Positions 1 through 13,660 are shown, counted from the stretch's first letter. The stretch is 64,000 nt of DNA from the human T2T-CHM13v2.0 reference genome, Homo sapiens (GCF_009914755.1 NC_060927.1); one strand, 5' to 3'. The notes: generated by a model not told the origin, from the letters alone. Numbers and translations are program-made.

Positions 1-186
1 CTCAGCCTCCCAAATAGCTGGAACTATAAGTGTGTGCCACCACACCTGGCTAATTTTAAAAAAAATTATACAGACAGGGTCTTTCTATGTTGCCCAGGCT
101 GGCCTTGAACTCCTGGCCTCAAGCAATCCTCCTGTCTTGGTCTCCCAAAATGCCGGGATTACAGGTGTGAGCTACCACACTGGGCC
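1..186 (-). mobile_element. Alu (J-like), truncated by the window start
   Basis: Reverse-complement Alu left arm and linker. Confidence 0.9.
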
Positions 187-189
187 TAG

Positions 190-400
190 CATGGTGGTTT
201 TAAAGCAAGGATTGTAAGGCCAAAATGACTAGAGTTCAAATTCCAGCTCTGGATTTCACTTTCTTATCTTTGATAAGATATTAACCTCTCTTAGCCTCAG
301 TTTCTTTACGTGCAAAATGGAGGAAAAACAGTACCTTCCTCATAGGATTGTTATAAGAATAAAATGAGATAATGTATGTAAACTCCTAACACTGTGAACA
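190..400 (+). mobile_element. MIR SINE
   Basis: MIR core-like gcctcagtttc..aaaatgg..cctcataggattgtt..atgagataatgtatgtaaa. Confidence 0.75.
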
Positions 401-674
401 CATTTTATGCAAGAAGTATGTTCCTAAAGCCCTTAGATACTCTAAGACTGACCCAGGCAAAGGATGAAATATGTTTCATTTACTGGCTAAAGACAGACTT
501 CCTTGTAGACAGTTCACTGATTCAATCACTCATTCATTCACATAGTTTATAAACACTTAGCTAACCAAGCTTTGAAATTACATGATTCTTGACAAATTTT
601 GGATTCCTGGCTGGGTTTGCTTGGGTTCCTGGGAAGCAGATACTACGTAGAGATGAGCATTCAAGAGGCTTAAG

Positions 675-979
<305 letters not shown>

Positions 980-2052
980 GCTTATTAAGGAGTGGTGTTG
1001 GGATATTTACAGGTAGGGAAAAGGATGCAGTTAAAACAAAGGCTCCAGTCAACCCTGAAGGATGCTCTGAAGCTGAGATATCTCTTTTAGGATGTCCAAT
1101 GTTAAGGCAAAGGCACTGGGTTTTCATACCCATTTTGACCAGTTCTTCCAGTTCTTGAAGGGAAGGAGGTATGGTCTGCAGCAGGGCAGCTCTCTTCAGC
1201 TGATGCAAAATCTGGAGAGACACTGACCTGAGATCAGTCAGCCCATTTTACTCCCAGCAAGTGGGTAAATAAGGCCTGAAGGAGGGCATCTTAGCAGAAT
1301 GATACCCTGTCTACTGCAAGCCAGGTTGTTGTGACTTCAGATGTACATAAAGTGAAACTTTATATTTTATTGTTACATAATTTCAAAATGATAGACTTTG
1401 CCACCTCCCTGGGTATGTGCCCTATTACTATTGTCATGCTGCCCTAGACAATGAATTTCCCATTTATTTAATGGTGCCTCCTTCTTAGTAATTTGGTAAG
1501 GATTACAAGTTACGTAATGTATAGAAGGTGCTTTACGAAGATCCTGGCATGCAGCAAACGTCTGGCACGTGTTAGCTGTTTTTATTAAGAGAAGGTCTAT
1601 GAATACAGAAGGACTCAGTAATAAATGAAGGAAAGGAAACTATGTTAGGATTTAAAAATTTGCAGACTGATTTAAAGCACTGGCAAAGTTTACATTATGG
1701 TATTTGACTAGTGGGTGTCTCGGTCTAGTTTTATGTCAACATTAATTGAAGGTTTGGGTTTTGGCACCTGGTGGGAAGCCTAGGCGAGACTGTGAACATT
1801 CTTCTCTCCCTCTTATTACAAGGGAATTTAAGAATCTTAGAATTACACTCTGTCCATTTGGGGAATAAAAACGTAAACAATCATAGCAAAAAAAGGACAG
1901 AGACCAACCAAGATGTAATAAAGGATTCAAATATGAGACACAGGAAATTTATCCCCCAACTAGGTCCTCATCCCTACACATGTAAAAATATTCATTATTT
2001 CACTCAAATTCTTATGAGTTCTTGTAGACAGATACTATATTTCTCTAAATGA

Positions 2053-2349
<297 letters not shown>

Positions 2350-2440
2350 TAACTGCTTTTTAATGTGCTAAACATAGTATGAGCACAATGAATAAAGTGA
2401 TAATATTCCTTTTGGCTGTCTTAGGTGAAAGGTGATTTTA

Positions 2441-2453
2441 ACACACACACACA

Positions 2454-2485
<32 letters not shown>
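2441..2485. repeat. (CA)n microsatellite with one interruption
   Basis: Directly visible. Confidence 0.95.
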
Positions 2486-2486
<1 letters not shown>

Positions 2487-2639
2487 TTATATACCTATTT
2501 GTAAAGGTAGATTCAAAACAAAGGCTTCCTTAACAGTGTCCTGCTCCTACCCCTTCCTCATCCCCAATAGGATTCAGATGTTTATTTTCAGATGAGGAAC
2601 TATGTCCTACTCTGATTTTGTTTCGTTTTTATTAATACC

Positions 2640-2715
2640 TCTACAAGTACTTAGCACAGTGTCTGGAATGCAGTGAGCGCTCAATAAATATGTGCTGAAT
2701 AAATGACTGAATAAA
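2640..2715 (+). mobile_element. L2 3' end fragment
   Basis: cttagcacagtgtctgg..gcgctcaataaatatgtgctgaataaatga resembles the L2 terminus. Confidence 0.65.
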
Positions 2716-3475
2716 GTTGAGAGCTGGAAAGGAGGTTAGAGATTATACTGCCCTCATTCTAGAACAGTATTCAGAGAGATTGAAGTATATGTGGGAAGTT
2801 GCAGAGCTCTGAGTCAGAGTAAGGATCCAAGTCTCCGAACTCTCCCGCAAGGACCCTTCCCACCAAAGGAGCCCTGCCAACTGCTGCACTTTAAGGACCC
2901 AGGCAAATGTGCTCAGAGCATTGCATGGCAGTCATTCCTTCCCAAAAAGTTTGTTCTCCTAAAGACATTTGTTTCTCCAAGCCTGGAAGTAAAACAGAGC
3001 ACTTAGAACCCATAAAATAATGTTAATGTGGCCTACTCTTCTCCACATTTTTTTCCTTTCATGTCTTTGTGAAACTTCCTTTTATTTGTAGGACGTATAG
3101 CATTTCTTCAGTAATCATTAATCATTCCTTATGGTTCCAAGGTTACTCTAATTATCTATTAATTCCACAAATATGAAGTAGGTGTACATCATGCACTAGA
3201 CAGAGAAATGAGGACAAGAGCAAGTCTGAGGGCTGGAAATCTCTAAATTCCATTTTATTTTAAAAAATATTATTCATTATTTGAAAGACAAGATTTTTTT
3301 AAAGCATCTATGATCTCACGATTGTCACATGATAATGGCAGGATAATAGCATGATAATAGGATTCTGGGGAAATTTCTTTCTAGTCTTTTCTCTCAGGCA
3401 TATTTTTTCATAGTTATTACAAAAATGCACCAACATCTGCAAATTCTTTCTCTCTTAATATTATATGATAAGCAT

Positions 3476-3769
3476 TTCTTTCTTTTTTTTTTCTTGAGAT
3501 GGAATCTCATTCACTCTATTGTGCAGGCTGGTGTGCAGTGGTGTGATCTTGGCTCACTGCAACTTCCACTTCCTGGGTTCAAGTGATTCTCCTGCCTCAG
3601 CCTCCTGAGTAGCTGGGATTACAGGCGTGAGCCACCACACCCAGCTAATTTTTTTATTTTTAGTAGAGATGGGGTTTTATCATGTTGGCCAGGCTGGTCT
3701 TGAGCTCCTGACCTCAAGTGCTGCTTCCCAAAGTGCTGGGATTATAGGCATGAGCCACCATGCCTGGCC
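3476..3769 (-). mobile_element. Alu (S-like)
   Basis: Alu reverse complement with TSD tatatgat...catttct on both sides. Confidence 0.95.
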
Positions 3770-6087
3770 TATATGATGAACATTTCTATGTTTCAACATA
3801 GCTTTCATAACTATAATGTTTGTTGATTGTACAATATTCTATTGAATGCATACACCACAACTGACAACCATTTTCCTAAAGGTGAACCAGAAGTCAAAGA
3901 AATGGACTTTTTGTGGCTCTTTAAGTGCATATTGCCAAATTCCTGGGTCAAGGGATAGAATTCTGAATTTAATTAAATCAAATAAGGAAGTAGCAATGGG
4001 GATGTTACTGTGACCGCTACTGCCAGCAATAGCTGAGCCTAGTGTGCAAACATAAAGAGTTGTTCTGAGCTAGGGCCCACCTTTTTGGCTCAATGAAGAC
4101 TCATTAGAATTCTGCTGGATCAAGAAGTTATATCTTAGAGATCTGCATTAGAAATGCTAGCTAAACTGTATTGTTGCCACTTCTTACACCTGACTGATCT
4201 GTGACAGTTTTCTAATAAACAAGAGAAAGAAAACTTTTTGGGGAAACACATTTTCACGTCATTTTTTTTTTTCTAACGAGGTCAAACAGGTTCTGAAGCC
4301 AAGGCTTAAAGAGATAGAGTATTACAGCATTGAACATTTCTGCAACATTAAATTTTATTGTCAGAAACCACTATGGCTTAGAAAGAGGCCACTAATCAAA
4401 TTAGTGTCCTTAGGGGCCTGAGTTTACCACTGAGTACATAGCGACGTGGGACTGAGGGTTTCTTTGCTGTACTCATGTGGTCATGCTGAGATGGAACCCT
4501 CAGGAACACATCTGGATAAGTTAAGCAAACACATTTTGATGCTTCATTCAGTAGAAAGGGACCCCCATCTGTTCTTCACCACACAACCTAATTATCGGGT
4601 AAATAGACACTTTCTTTCCTGCATGTTTATTCCTCAAAGCAATGTCTCCAAGGGTGGCTGAAAATGAAGAATTAAAAACACCACCTAGGACTTGAGCATG
4701 CTTCTGTTTTCATACGAATTAACTTTAGAAGATCCTTGAGAGTTAAGTACTATTTTTATCCCCATTTTACAGATAAAACAATGAAGGCTCAGAAGCATCA
4801 GGTGATTTCAGTCACCAGGTCAGCAAGGGGTTGTATCAGAACTAAAATTCTCATTTTGGATCTCAAATCCCATATGCTTATTAACCTCAGTGCCATAAAG
4901 ATGAATCACAGAAATATGTAAGGTGACTGTTAAAAATCTTAGTGCCATTTCAAAGATTCTCTAGACATGAGAGTTACAATAGATGGAAGACGCAAAGAAA
5001 TGACAAAAACTATGTCAGAACTGTCACAGACTCCAAGGCACCAGAAAAAAATTGGAGGAACAGAATAAACAAGTTCCCAAACACAGGTGCAGTTCCCACT
5101 TCAGCCGGGGAAGACACTGTGCCTAGAAAAGCTCAGAATCATGCCCTAAAATACCCATATCTTTTCGATTCACACTGGAAACAAACAGCCTTACCCCATG
5201 CCCAATTTCTAATCATTCAGAAGACTGAGATTATACACTTGACCTCACAATCAAGATTTCATAAATGCATACATTTTGTGCTGTCTTTAAACCATCAGTG
5301 TGACCTTTGGAATATTCTTAAGATTTTAAGAGACTTCCATAGATTATCTGAGCCAGGCCTCAGCCTTCTGACAAATCTGAATCATTATCCACATGAGGGA
5401 ACTGAGGCCTGGAGAGGTTGTGACCTGCTCAGGGTCCTACATTTGGGAAAGTTAGAAGAGGAAGGGAAAGGAGCCTCCTGCAGGGAAGGGGCTTTTTCCA
5501 CTATGACTGAGGGAGAACCAACATTTCCTTTTGTCAATAGACCTTTCAGCCAATAAAATAGAAATTCCATTCTGTTTGAAAGGTTGCAACTATCACCTCT
5601 TCAACACTTCTCAGAGAAAGAGAAAAGAATTATCTGGCTGATGAGATGGCAAAAACTCTGATCTGTATTTCTCTATTAGAAGCTATTGATAGGTTTAACA
5701 TTGCTTTGCTCCCATGGCTCTGTTCTCTCCACATACCTGAACTTCTGTTTGTGCTGGGCGGACACAGTTCTTTCTACACCCAGATTTGGGGGAAAGCATT
5801 TAGAATTCCCCTTTGGCCATTTGTCCATATCATTCTTTCCAATCAGGCTTGGCCAGATATAAAGCTATTGTATTGATCCCTGTTTACTTTCTACGCCTAA
5901 TATTCAGTTGGTTTAGGATCCAGACAGGGGGCGAGTAACTGAATTAATTTGCTTCCTTAGAAACCTCCACAATTTCCAAGACTTCTTTTAAAGTTTCGCC
6001 GAACTTAATTCTTACATACATGTATTAGAAGCTCCCTTAACAAACCTCAGACTTAGCAACTTGCCAGATGAATGATCACCCCCTATT

Positions 6088-6301
6088 GCAGGTTTTCCTA
6101 TTAATAGCACTATTGACATTTAGAGCCAGATAATTCTTTGTTGTGGGGGCTGTCCTGTGTAATGTAGGTTGTTTAGCAGCATACCTGGCCTCTACCTATA
6201 ATATACCAGCAGCATTTGCCTAGTTGTGACAAGCAAACTTGTTTGCAGATTTTGCCAAATGTCCCTCGGAGGGCAAAATTGCCCCTAGTGGAGAACCATT
6301 G
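6088..6301 (-). mobile_element. MER20 (hAT-Charlie fossil)
   Basis: gcactattgacattt..ccagataattctttgttgtgggggctgtcctgtg..ccaaatgtccc..gagaaccattg matches the MER20 reverse complement. Confidence 0.85.
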
Positions 6302-6786
6302 CTCTCATCCATCAGGAACACAGAATGCCTGATAACCACAGCCTGCTGAACCCTCCAAGATGCCCATGCTCTCCTGATCCCATTAGTTGAGCTATGGGCT
6401 TATCAAGTGTCAAGTTGTACATCAAAGCTATTAATGTCGCTTGCACTTGTAATTATGTAGTTCACATAAATATCATGCCATCCAATGAAATGTGACACAA
6501 AGAAAGACAGTATTTGTTTGCTTTTTTTTTTGAAGTCAGATGATTGGAAGAGACTCTATATGGCAGAGACAAATTATTTCTTCAGCATATCTTTTTTTTC
6601 TTCTGGATATACAATGAAACAATTCCTAGCCTCCCCTGCAGTTAGGGGAAATCTATTTGATTGAATTCTGGGCAATGGAAAGTGGGCAAAAATGAATACC
6701 ATTTTGAGGTTTAGCACTTAAAATTCTCCTTGTTCTCTCTTGCTGCTTCTGTAAAGGATCCAGAAGAGGTCTCTGATGGCCTAAGG

Positions 6787-6897
6787 CAGGGATTGACAGA
6801 CTTTCTTTAAAGGGTCGGATAGTAGACATTTTCAGCTTCCCATCTTATTGTTGAAAAAACAGCCTTTGGCTTATGGGCAGTAGATTGCCAACCCCTG
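6787..6897. mobile_element. MER58-like hAT element, internally deleted
   Basis: Terminal inverted repeats CAGGGGATTGACA / TGCCAACCCCTG; aaagggtcggatagtagacattttcagctt. Confidence 0.6.
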
Positions 6898-7294
6898 CTG
6901 GCATGATAGGTGTGATGGTGCAACAGCATTTCCCACAAAGATGCTTAAAAAAAAACCCTGTCACATTAAGTATAGGTAAAACAAATATATAATATTATGG
7001 GAGACTAAAAATCTAGACTGATTCTATACACAGATCATTTCAAAACTCTTTAAATTCTCATTCTACTTTAAAGATATTAAAAGTAGAAAGCATAGACTGT
7101 GCAATCACAGACACTATATAAATAAGGAAAATAGTGCAGGATTCTGGTCAGCAGATTCAGTCCAAGGTGACGTCTTGGTCTTACACCAAAATACTGGTGA
7201 GAATGATCGTTTATGTTTTGAATTCAAATTAAAAGTCCAAGCTCTGTATCTTTTTTTTAATAATCATTCTTGATTTTAACAGGTTTTTTTCCTT

Positions 7295-7500
7295 CTCTTT
7301 TTTTTTTTGCTCTTCTTAAATTTTTTCATAGGTTTAGGGCATACGAGTCTAATTTTCCTACACAGATGTATTGAGTAGTGGTGAAGTCTGGGCTTTCAGT
7401 GTACCCACTACCTGAATAATGAATATTGCACTAAATAGGAAAAATTTCAACCCTCGTCCCCCATCCTGCCCTCACACCCTTTGGAGTCTCCAATGTCCAT
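7295..7500 (-). mobile_element. L1 3' UTR end (L1PB/L1MA-like)
   Basis: T-tract then gtagtggtgaagtctgggctttcagtgtaccc..ggagtctccaatgtc. Confidence 0.7.
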
Positions 7501-8229
7501 TGCTTCATTGTGTTTTAACAGACTTTTTACTAAAGTAAGAGGGCTCTATTTCGACTCTCTTTTGTGTGAAAATAGACTGAAATGGTACGGCAGAAGGGCC
7601 TTAAAGAAATGGGAGAGTCCCACAATACTGATTCCTCTGTCCTGGGTCTTGGCTGGGACATCACCTTTCCCAGATATTTATAATACAATTGTGGCAACAT
7701 TCTAGATGCAGAAATGTTAGACTCCCTAAATTTTGCCATATAAAGATGTACAAAAACAGCAGTTAGTACAGTTTATTTAATATAAATGGACATGGGCTAG
7801 GCATAAGAACAAGGTAAGGAAAATTAAAAAAAAAAAAAAAAAAAAGAAACAGAGAACTTCTCTCCTGTAGTTCCTATCAGCTCTCCCTCGTAACAAAATG
7901 TTTGACAATTGTTTCAGGCCTCTTGGGCTGCCATGACAAAATACTGTATACTGAGTGGCTTAAACAACAGAAATGTATTTTCTCACAATCCCAGAGGCTA
8001 GAGATCCAAGATTAATGGATTTTAATGAATGTTAATGCATTCATTAACAAAGATCTAAGGTGTCAGCACTGTCGGGTTCTGTTGAGAGCTCTCTCCATGG
8101 CTTGTAGACAGTTCCTTTCTTGCTGTGTCCTCCTATGGCAAGGAAAGAGAGAAAGGAAGAGAAGGAGGGAGAAAAAGAGAAAAGGAGGGAGGGAGAGCTG
8201 TCTAGTATCTCTTATTGGGGGTGGGGGTT

Positions 8230-9360
8230 ATTTTACAGTATTTTATTTTATTAATTTTATTGTTTACATTGACAGGTAAAATTGTACGTATTTACTGTGT
8301 ACAACATGATGTTTTGAAGTATACATACATTGTGAAAGAACTAAATGTGGCCAATTAACATATGCCGTACCTCGAAGTTATCATTTTTGTGGTGAGAACA
8401 CTTTATATTCACTCTCTTAGCATTTTTCAAGAATGCAGTATATTATTAGCCATAGTCAACATGTTGTGTAATAGATTTCTTGAACTTATTCCTCCTGCGT
8501 AACTGAAACTTTGTATCCTTTGAGCAACATCTTCTTACCCTGCCCCACCCAAATACCCCAGTCCCTGATGACTACCAGTCTGCTATGTCTATGAGATCAA
8601 CATTTTTAGATTCACATTTGAGTGAGAACATGTGATATTTGTCTTTCTGTGTCTGGCTTATTTCACTAAATGTTTTCCAGGTTCATCCATGTTGTTGAAA
8701 ATGACAGGATTTCCTCCTTTTCTATGGCTGAATAGTTTCCATTGCGTATATATACCACATTTTTCTTTCTTTTTTTTTCAGATTAGTCCACTGAAGCAGT
8801 GAGAGTATACTGCATTTTTTTTTTTTAATCCACTCATCTGTTGACGGACACATAGGTTGATTCCGTATCTTGGCAATTGTGAATAGCGTTGCAATAAACA
8901 TGGAAGTGCAGATATCTGTTTGACGTACTGATTTCAATTCCTTAGGATATATACACAGTAGTGAGACTGATGGGTCATATGGTAGTTCTATTTTTAATTT
9001 TTTGAGGAACTGCCATACTGTTTTCCATAATGGTTGTACAAATTTACATTCCTACTGACAGTGTGCAAGTTTCCCTTTTCTCCATATCCTCGCCAACACT
9101 ATATTTTGTCTTTTTGCTAATAGATATCCTAAAAGGTATGAAGCTAGTCCAGTGAAAAAATGTGGAATTTAGCTATAAAGTTATATCCCAGATGGCAAGT
9201 TTTGTTTCCTAGTCTGAGCCTCAAGCCTTGTGGAACAACTGACTCCAGAATGTCAGCTATGATGCCTGGCAAAAGGATATTTGTGGGTTGTTAACTTGTG
9301 AATCAAAAGGCAAACCCTGGCCCAGCAGTATGTTATACCTCATTTTGGTTTTAATTTGCC
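8230..9360 (-). mobile_element. L1MA-like 3' fragment carrying two internal insertions
   Basis: L1 3' UTR and ORF2 C-terminus; ORF 8722-8937 reads DICTSMFIATLFTIAKIRNQPMCPSTDEWIKK. Confidence 0.9.
8765..8805 (-). pseudogene. 5'-truncated Y RNA (Y3/Y1-like) retro-fragment with poly-A tail and TSD
   Basis: Minus strand CTCTCACTGCTTCAGTGGACTAATCT + A-rich tail; 21/26 match to the recalled hY3 3' end; flanked by tataccacattttt / tatactgcattttt. Confidence 0.6.
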
Positions 9361-9713
9361 TTGATATCTCTTCTTATGAGGGTACCAATCCGACAATAAG
9401 GGCCTCACCTTTATGACCTCATGCAAACCTAACTATCTCCCAAAGGCCCATCCCCAAATATTACATGGGGGTTTAGGGTTTCAACATATGAATTTGGGAG
9501 AGATACAATTCAGTACACAGTAGCAATCAACAAGGAAGTCACCAAGGGTGCAATCTGGTACAACGAAGTGTTAGGCCTCATATGCACCCAAGTGCTAATT
9601 CAGCACTTTTTCTCTCAGCATAATGTATAGCGAGTGAGCCAGGCAGCCTAGGGCCTGGTGCTGATAAATCAAAGTCATTTCAGACTAAATCATCATAAAA
9701 AAGCATACCTTTG

Positions 9714-10032
9714 CCGGGCATGGTGGCTCATGCCTGTAATCCCAGCACTTTGGAAGGCTGAGGCGGGTAGATCACAAGGTCAGGAGTTCGAGACCAGCCT
9801 GACCAACATGGTGAAACCTTGTCTCTACTAAAAATACAAAAATTAGCCGGGTGTGGTGGTGCACACCTATAGTCCCAGCTACTCAGAAGGCTGAGGCTGA
9901 GGCTGAGGCTGAGGCAGGAGAATTACTTGAACCCAGGAGGCGGAGGTTGTGGTGAGCCGAGATTGTGCCACTCCACCCTCTCCATCCAGTCTGAATGACA
10001 GAGTGAGACTCCGTCTCCAAAAAGAAAAAAAA
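9714..10032 (+). mobile_element. Alu (S-like) with internal (GGCTGA)x4 expansion
   Basis: Alu consensus match; repeated ggctga at ~9889-9912. Confidence 0.95.
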
Positions 10033-10198
10033 GCCTACCTTTATTTTCACCTTCATCCATATGCCTTTTTTTTTTTCCGTTAAGGAGAGAAACCAGTTGA
10101 CACTGTGTGGCAAAATCTGGAATCATCTATCATCACTATTGGAAAAATACCCAGGAGAGCAGCAGCATCAACTTCTATTCATTAACAAAGATCTCAAT

Positions 10199-10733
10199 AC
10201 AGTTGAGCATCCTTAGTCTGAAATCCTTCAAAATACCAAATTTTTTGAGTGCCAACATGATGCCACAAGTAGAAAGTTCCATATCTGTTGAGGTGTGGGG
10301 AGCTAGGGAAGGGATAGCATTAGGAGAAATACCTAACGTAGATGACGGGTTGATGGGTGCAGCAAACCACCATGGCATGTGTATATCTATGTAACAAACC
10401 TGCACGTTCTGCACATGTATCCCAAAACTTAAAGTATAATTAAAAAAAAGTAAAAAAAAAAAAAATTCCACATCTGAAGTCATGTTCCAAGTTGCAGTCA
10501 AACACACAGTTGTACCTTTGTTTCACGAACAAAATTATTAAAAGTATTATATGAAATTATCTTCAGCTTATGTATATAAGGTATATGTGAAACATAAATG
10601 AATTCTGTGTTTAGACTTGGGTCACATCCCCAAGATATCTCATTATATATGTTCAAGTTTTCTAAAATCCAAAACATTTCAAAGTCAGATACATGGGTCC
10701 CAAGCATTTGTGATAAGGAATACTCAACTTGTA
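10199..10733. mobile_element. Tigger4/MER46-type DNA transposon fossil interrupted by L1
   Basis: Ends tacagttgagcatcct... and ...aggaatactcaacttgta (inverted termini with TA flanks). Confidence 0.75.
10288..10465 (+). mobile_element. L1PA 3' end (5'-truncated) with TSD
   Basis: gggatagcattaggagaaatacctaa..gcagcaaaccaccatggc..aacttaaagtataat + poly-A; TSD aaa(g/a)ttcca(t/c)atctg. Confidence 0.9.
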
Positions 10734-10764
10734 CTGCTTTCCATCATATCCAAACACTCACTCT

Positions 10765-11066
10765 GGCCAGGTGGGGTGACTCACACCTGTAATCCCAGCA
10801 CTTTGGGAGGCCGAGGGTCCAGCATTGCTTGAACCCAGTAGTTCGAGGCCAGCCTGGGCAACATAGTGAGACCCTGTGTCTACAAATGATTTAAAAATTA
10901 TCTGGGCATGGTGGCACATGTCTCTAATCCCAGCTACTTGGGAGGCTGGGGTGGGAGGATCAGTTGAGCCTAGAAGGTTGAGGCTGCAGTGAACTGTGCT
11001 CTCACCATTGCACTCCAGCGTGGGCAACAGAGTAAGACCCTGTCTCAAAACAAACAAAAAACCAAA
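10765..11066 (+). mobile_element. Alu (J-like)
   Basis: Alu with J-type features (gcaacatagtgagaccc, gaggctgcagtga). Confidence 0.9.
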
Positions 11067-11376
11067 CATTCATAGTTCTGCCATATTTTCTTTAAGGAAA
11101 AAACAAAATAATTTTTATTGTCATCTCATTGCAACAGTTCAAGCTTAGTAGAACCTCCTTTCTACTACTTTTGTTTCTTTACTTTTTCTTTTGAAAATGT
11201 TTAAACCTGCAAGAGTACAGTGAATTCCCACAAAGTCTTTAATTTACCAAAAGGTTGACATTTTACCACGTTTGCTATATTATTTTCTGCATATGTACTT
11301 TTATACTTATTATTAGTGCCATACCACTTGACAATAAGTAGTAGAAATCATGGCCCTTCACTTTAGCTTGTATTCC

Positions 11377-11682
<306 letters not shown>

Positions 11683-12931
11683 TTTAGCTTGTATTCTTTT
11701 AGAACAAAGGCATTTACCTAATAAACAGGGCCTAGAGGGTGAAAGGAAGAAATGGCTGGTATTCACCAAGGACAGATACAAAAGGGACCAATTTTTTGAC
11801 GAAGAATTTGCACAGCAATTAAATTTCCCCTGTGACTGCAGGAACCTTGTAAGTAAAAGAATTTCAAACTGAGCTTAGGCATGCTCCTTTGACCTGTTTT
11901 AGCCTGAGCAATTAATAAAGTGTTTGGATTGTATTTGCACTACAAGCCTCAACTCCCTGAAGAGTAAGTAGGCTAACACACAGGTGGAAAAATTAGCAAT
12001 TTATTGATTCGGTACATTCCAAACATAGTTGAAGCTTTCTTAAGCTGTTTCTAAGACCCCAAGCTGTGTGCATTCTTGTGATCATATTGGCTCCCTCTCA
12101 GCCATCGGGATTAACATACTGCTGGGCCAGGGTTTGCCTTCTGATTCACAAATTAACAACCCACAAATATCCTTTTGCCAGGTAGTCAGTTCCGGAGTCA
12201 GTTCTTCTGCAAGGCTTGAGGCTCAGACTAGGAAACAAAACTTACCCTCTGGGAAATAACATTAAACCTAAATTCTAACACAATTTGATGCTGAAAGATC
12301 AAAGATTCCTCAGTGTAGTTTACTAATAGTTCCCCACCGTTAAGTATAAAAAATTCCTTCCACATGCCTTTCGCCTCTGCATTCAACTGTGTTTGACAAA
12401 GCCTGTCTCACAAACTCAATTAGAACCACTGAGCTTAAACACACCCCTTTCCTTGGTCACTTACAGTAGATCTTTTCCTGACTGCTCCTATCGTGGCAGG
12501 GACTGCTCTTAGAAAAATGTGCTCTTGTAAAAAAGATCTCACAATAGCTCTCACATGAAGCTTATCGTCAATGGTCAGTGTCCGATTATGTCATGCCGTG
12601 TTGTTTTTCCAATGGGACAGACTGCTGCTTTCATCAAGTTGGAGGATATATTTATGGTACTGTTTTGAAGGGCAGTGTTTTAAGTTTGAATTACAAGATA
12701 TTTTTGAAAATATAGTCCACTCTTTCATTTGGAGCTCAAAATGAATATACTAAATCTGCACTTCTGAATAGAAGTCCATATGCCTGGACATAAAATGTGC
12801 AGTGATAGAGCACAGTGGGACTTCATGAGTATTGGTGTATATAGTCTCAACTATAGACATTTCGAAGGCATAATTTTCATTTCAATAGATTAAGGCATGT
12901 GTGTGAGAAAAGCGTGAAAATTATAAGAGCC

Positions 12932-13114
12932 CAGAGTTCTTAACTATTGACATTTGGGGCCAGATAATTCTTTGCTGAGGTATAGCCATCCTAGCCTCTA
13001 TCCACTAGGTGCCAGTATCAACATTCACACCCCAAAAGGAGACAACCAAAAATGTCTCTAGAGATTCCCAAATATTCCCTGAGGGACAAAAATCACCCTT
13101 GGGGAGAATCCCTG
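12932..13114 (-). mobile_element. MER20, internally deleted
   Basis: actattgacatttggggccagataattcttt..ccactaggtgccag..caaccaaaaatgtct..aaaatcaccc. Confidence 0.8.
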
Positions 13115-13289
13115 CAATAAATTGTTTTGGTTTATTTTCCCATGTGGCCAAAGTAAACCAATCTTAGAAAGTGCTGGTTTGTCTTAGTCATATGTGAATA
13201 TGCTACGGAGTGTCTACTTACCTGCACGGTCACAAGGTTTTCTTTATCTCTGCATCACTAAGAGTGTCTAGCACAGTCCTCTTATAATA

Positions 13290-13660
13290 TGTCTGTGATT
13301 GGTGCTGATTCCCAGATGTTTCTAGCTTTTCTCCTTCCGGGAATGGTAGAATAGGACTTCCTATTATACTTCCACTTTAGATGGTCACATGACTTGTTAT
13401 GGCCAATGAAATGGGACTGGAAGTGATGCGTGTTTCTCCAGGTGGAAACATTAAGATCCAATGCACAATTTACCACGTTTCCTTTTTTTCTGGCATGGTG
13501 ACCAAGCACATTTGCCAAGATGGCTGCTCTCTCAGTCTGGCCTCTGAGTTACTGCAAAGAGTAGAGCCCCCTGCTGATCTGACTTGGATATAAGCATGAG
13601 TGAAAAACAAAATTTTGTTGATATAAGCTGCTGAAAGTGTGGGGTTGTTTGTTACAAGTA
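13290..13660. mobile_element. Old MaLR LTR (MLT1I/J-like)
   Basis: ggtcacatgacttg..tggccaatgaaatg..gaagtga..gatggctgctc..aagctgctgaa..ggggttgtttgttac. Confidence 0.7.

Larger units (their letters stand above)
7910..9525. mobile_element. MaLR LTR (MLT1A/MST-like) split by an L1; LTR halves ~7910-8213 and ~9365-9525
   Basis: gtggcttaaacaacagaaatgtatt.tctcaca.. in the left half; atgacctcat..ctcccaaaggccc..tttcaacatatgaatttggg in the right half; TATCTCTT at both junctions. Confidence 0.75.

Noticed and set aside
4942-5556. 204-aa ORF on the + strand
   Set aside because: GTG start, no recognisable domain, no clear splice or promoter context, and its 3' part runs through MIR-like sequence; probably a chance ORF.
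5920-5936. CTCF-like CAGACAGGGGGCGA
   Set aside because: Two mismatches in the 5' core and no supporting context.
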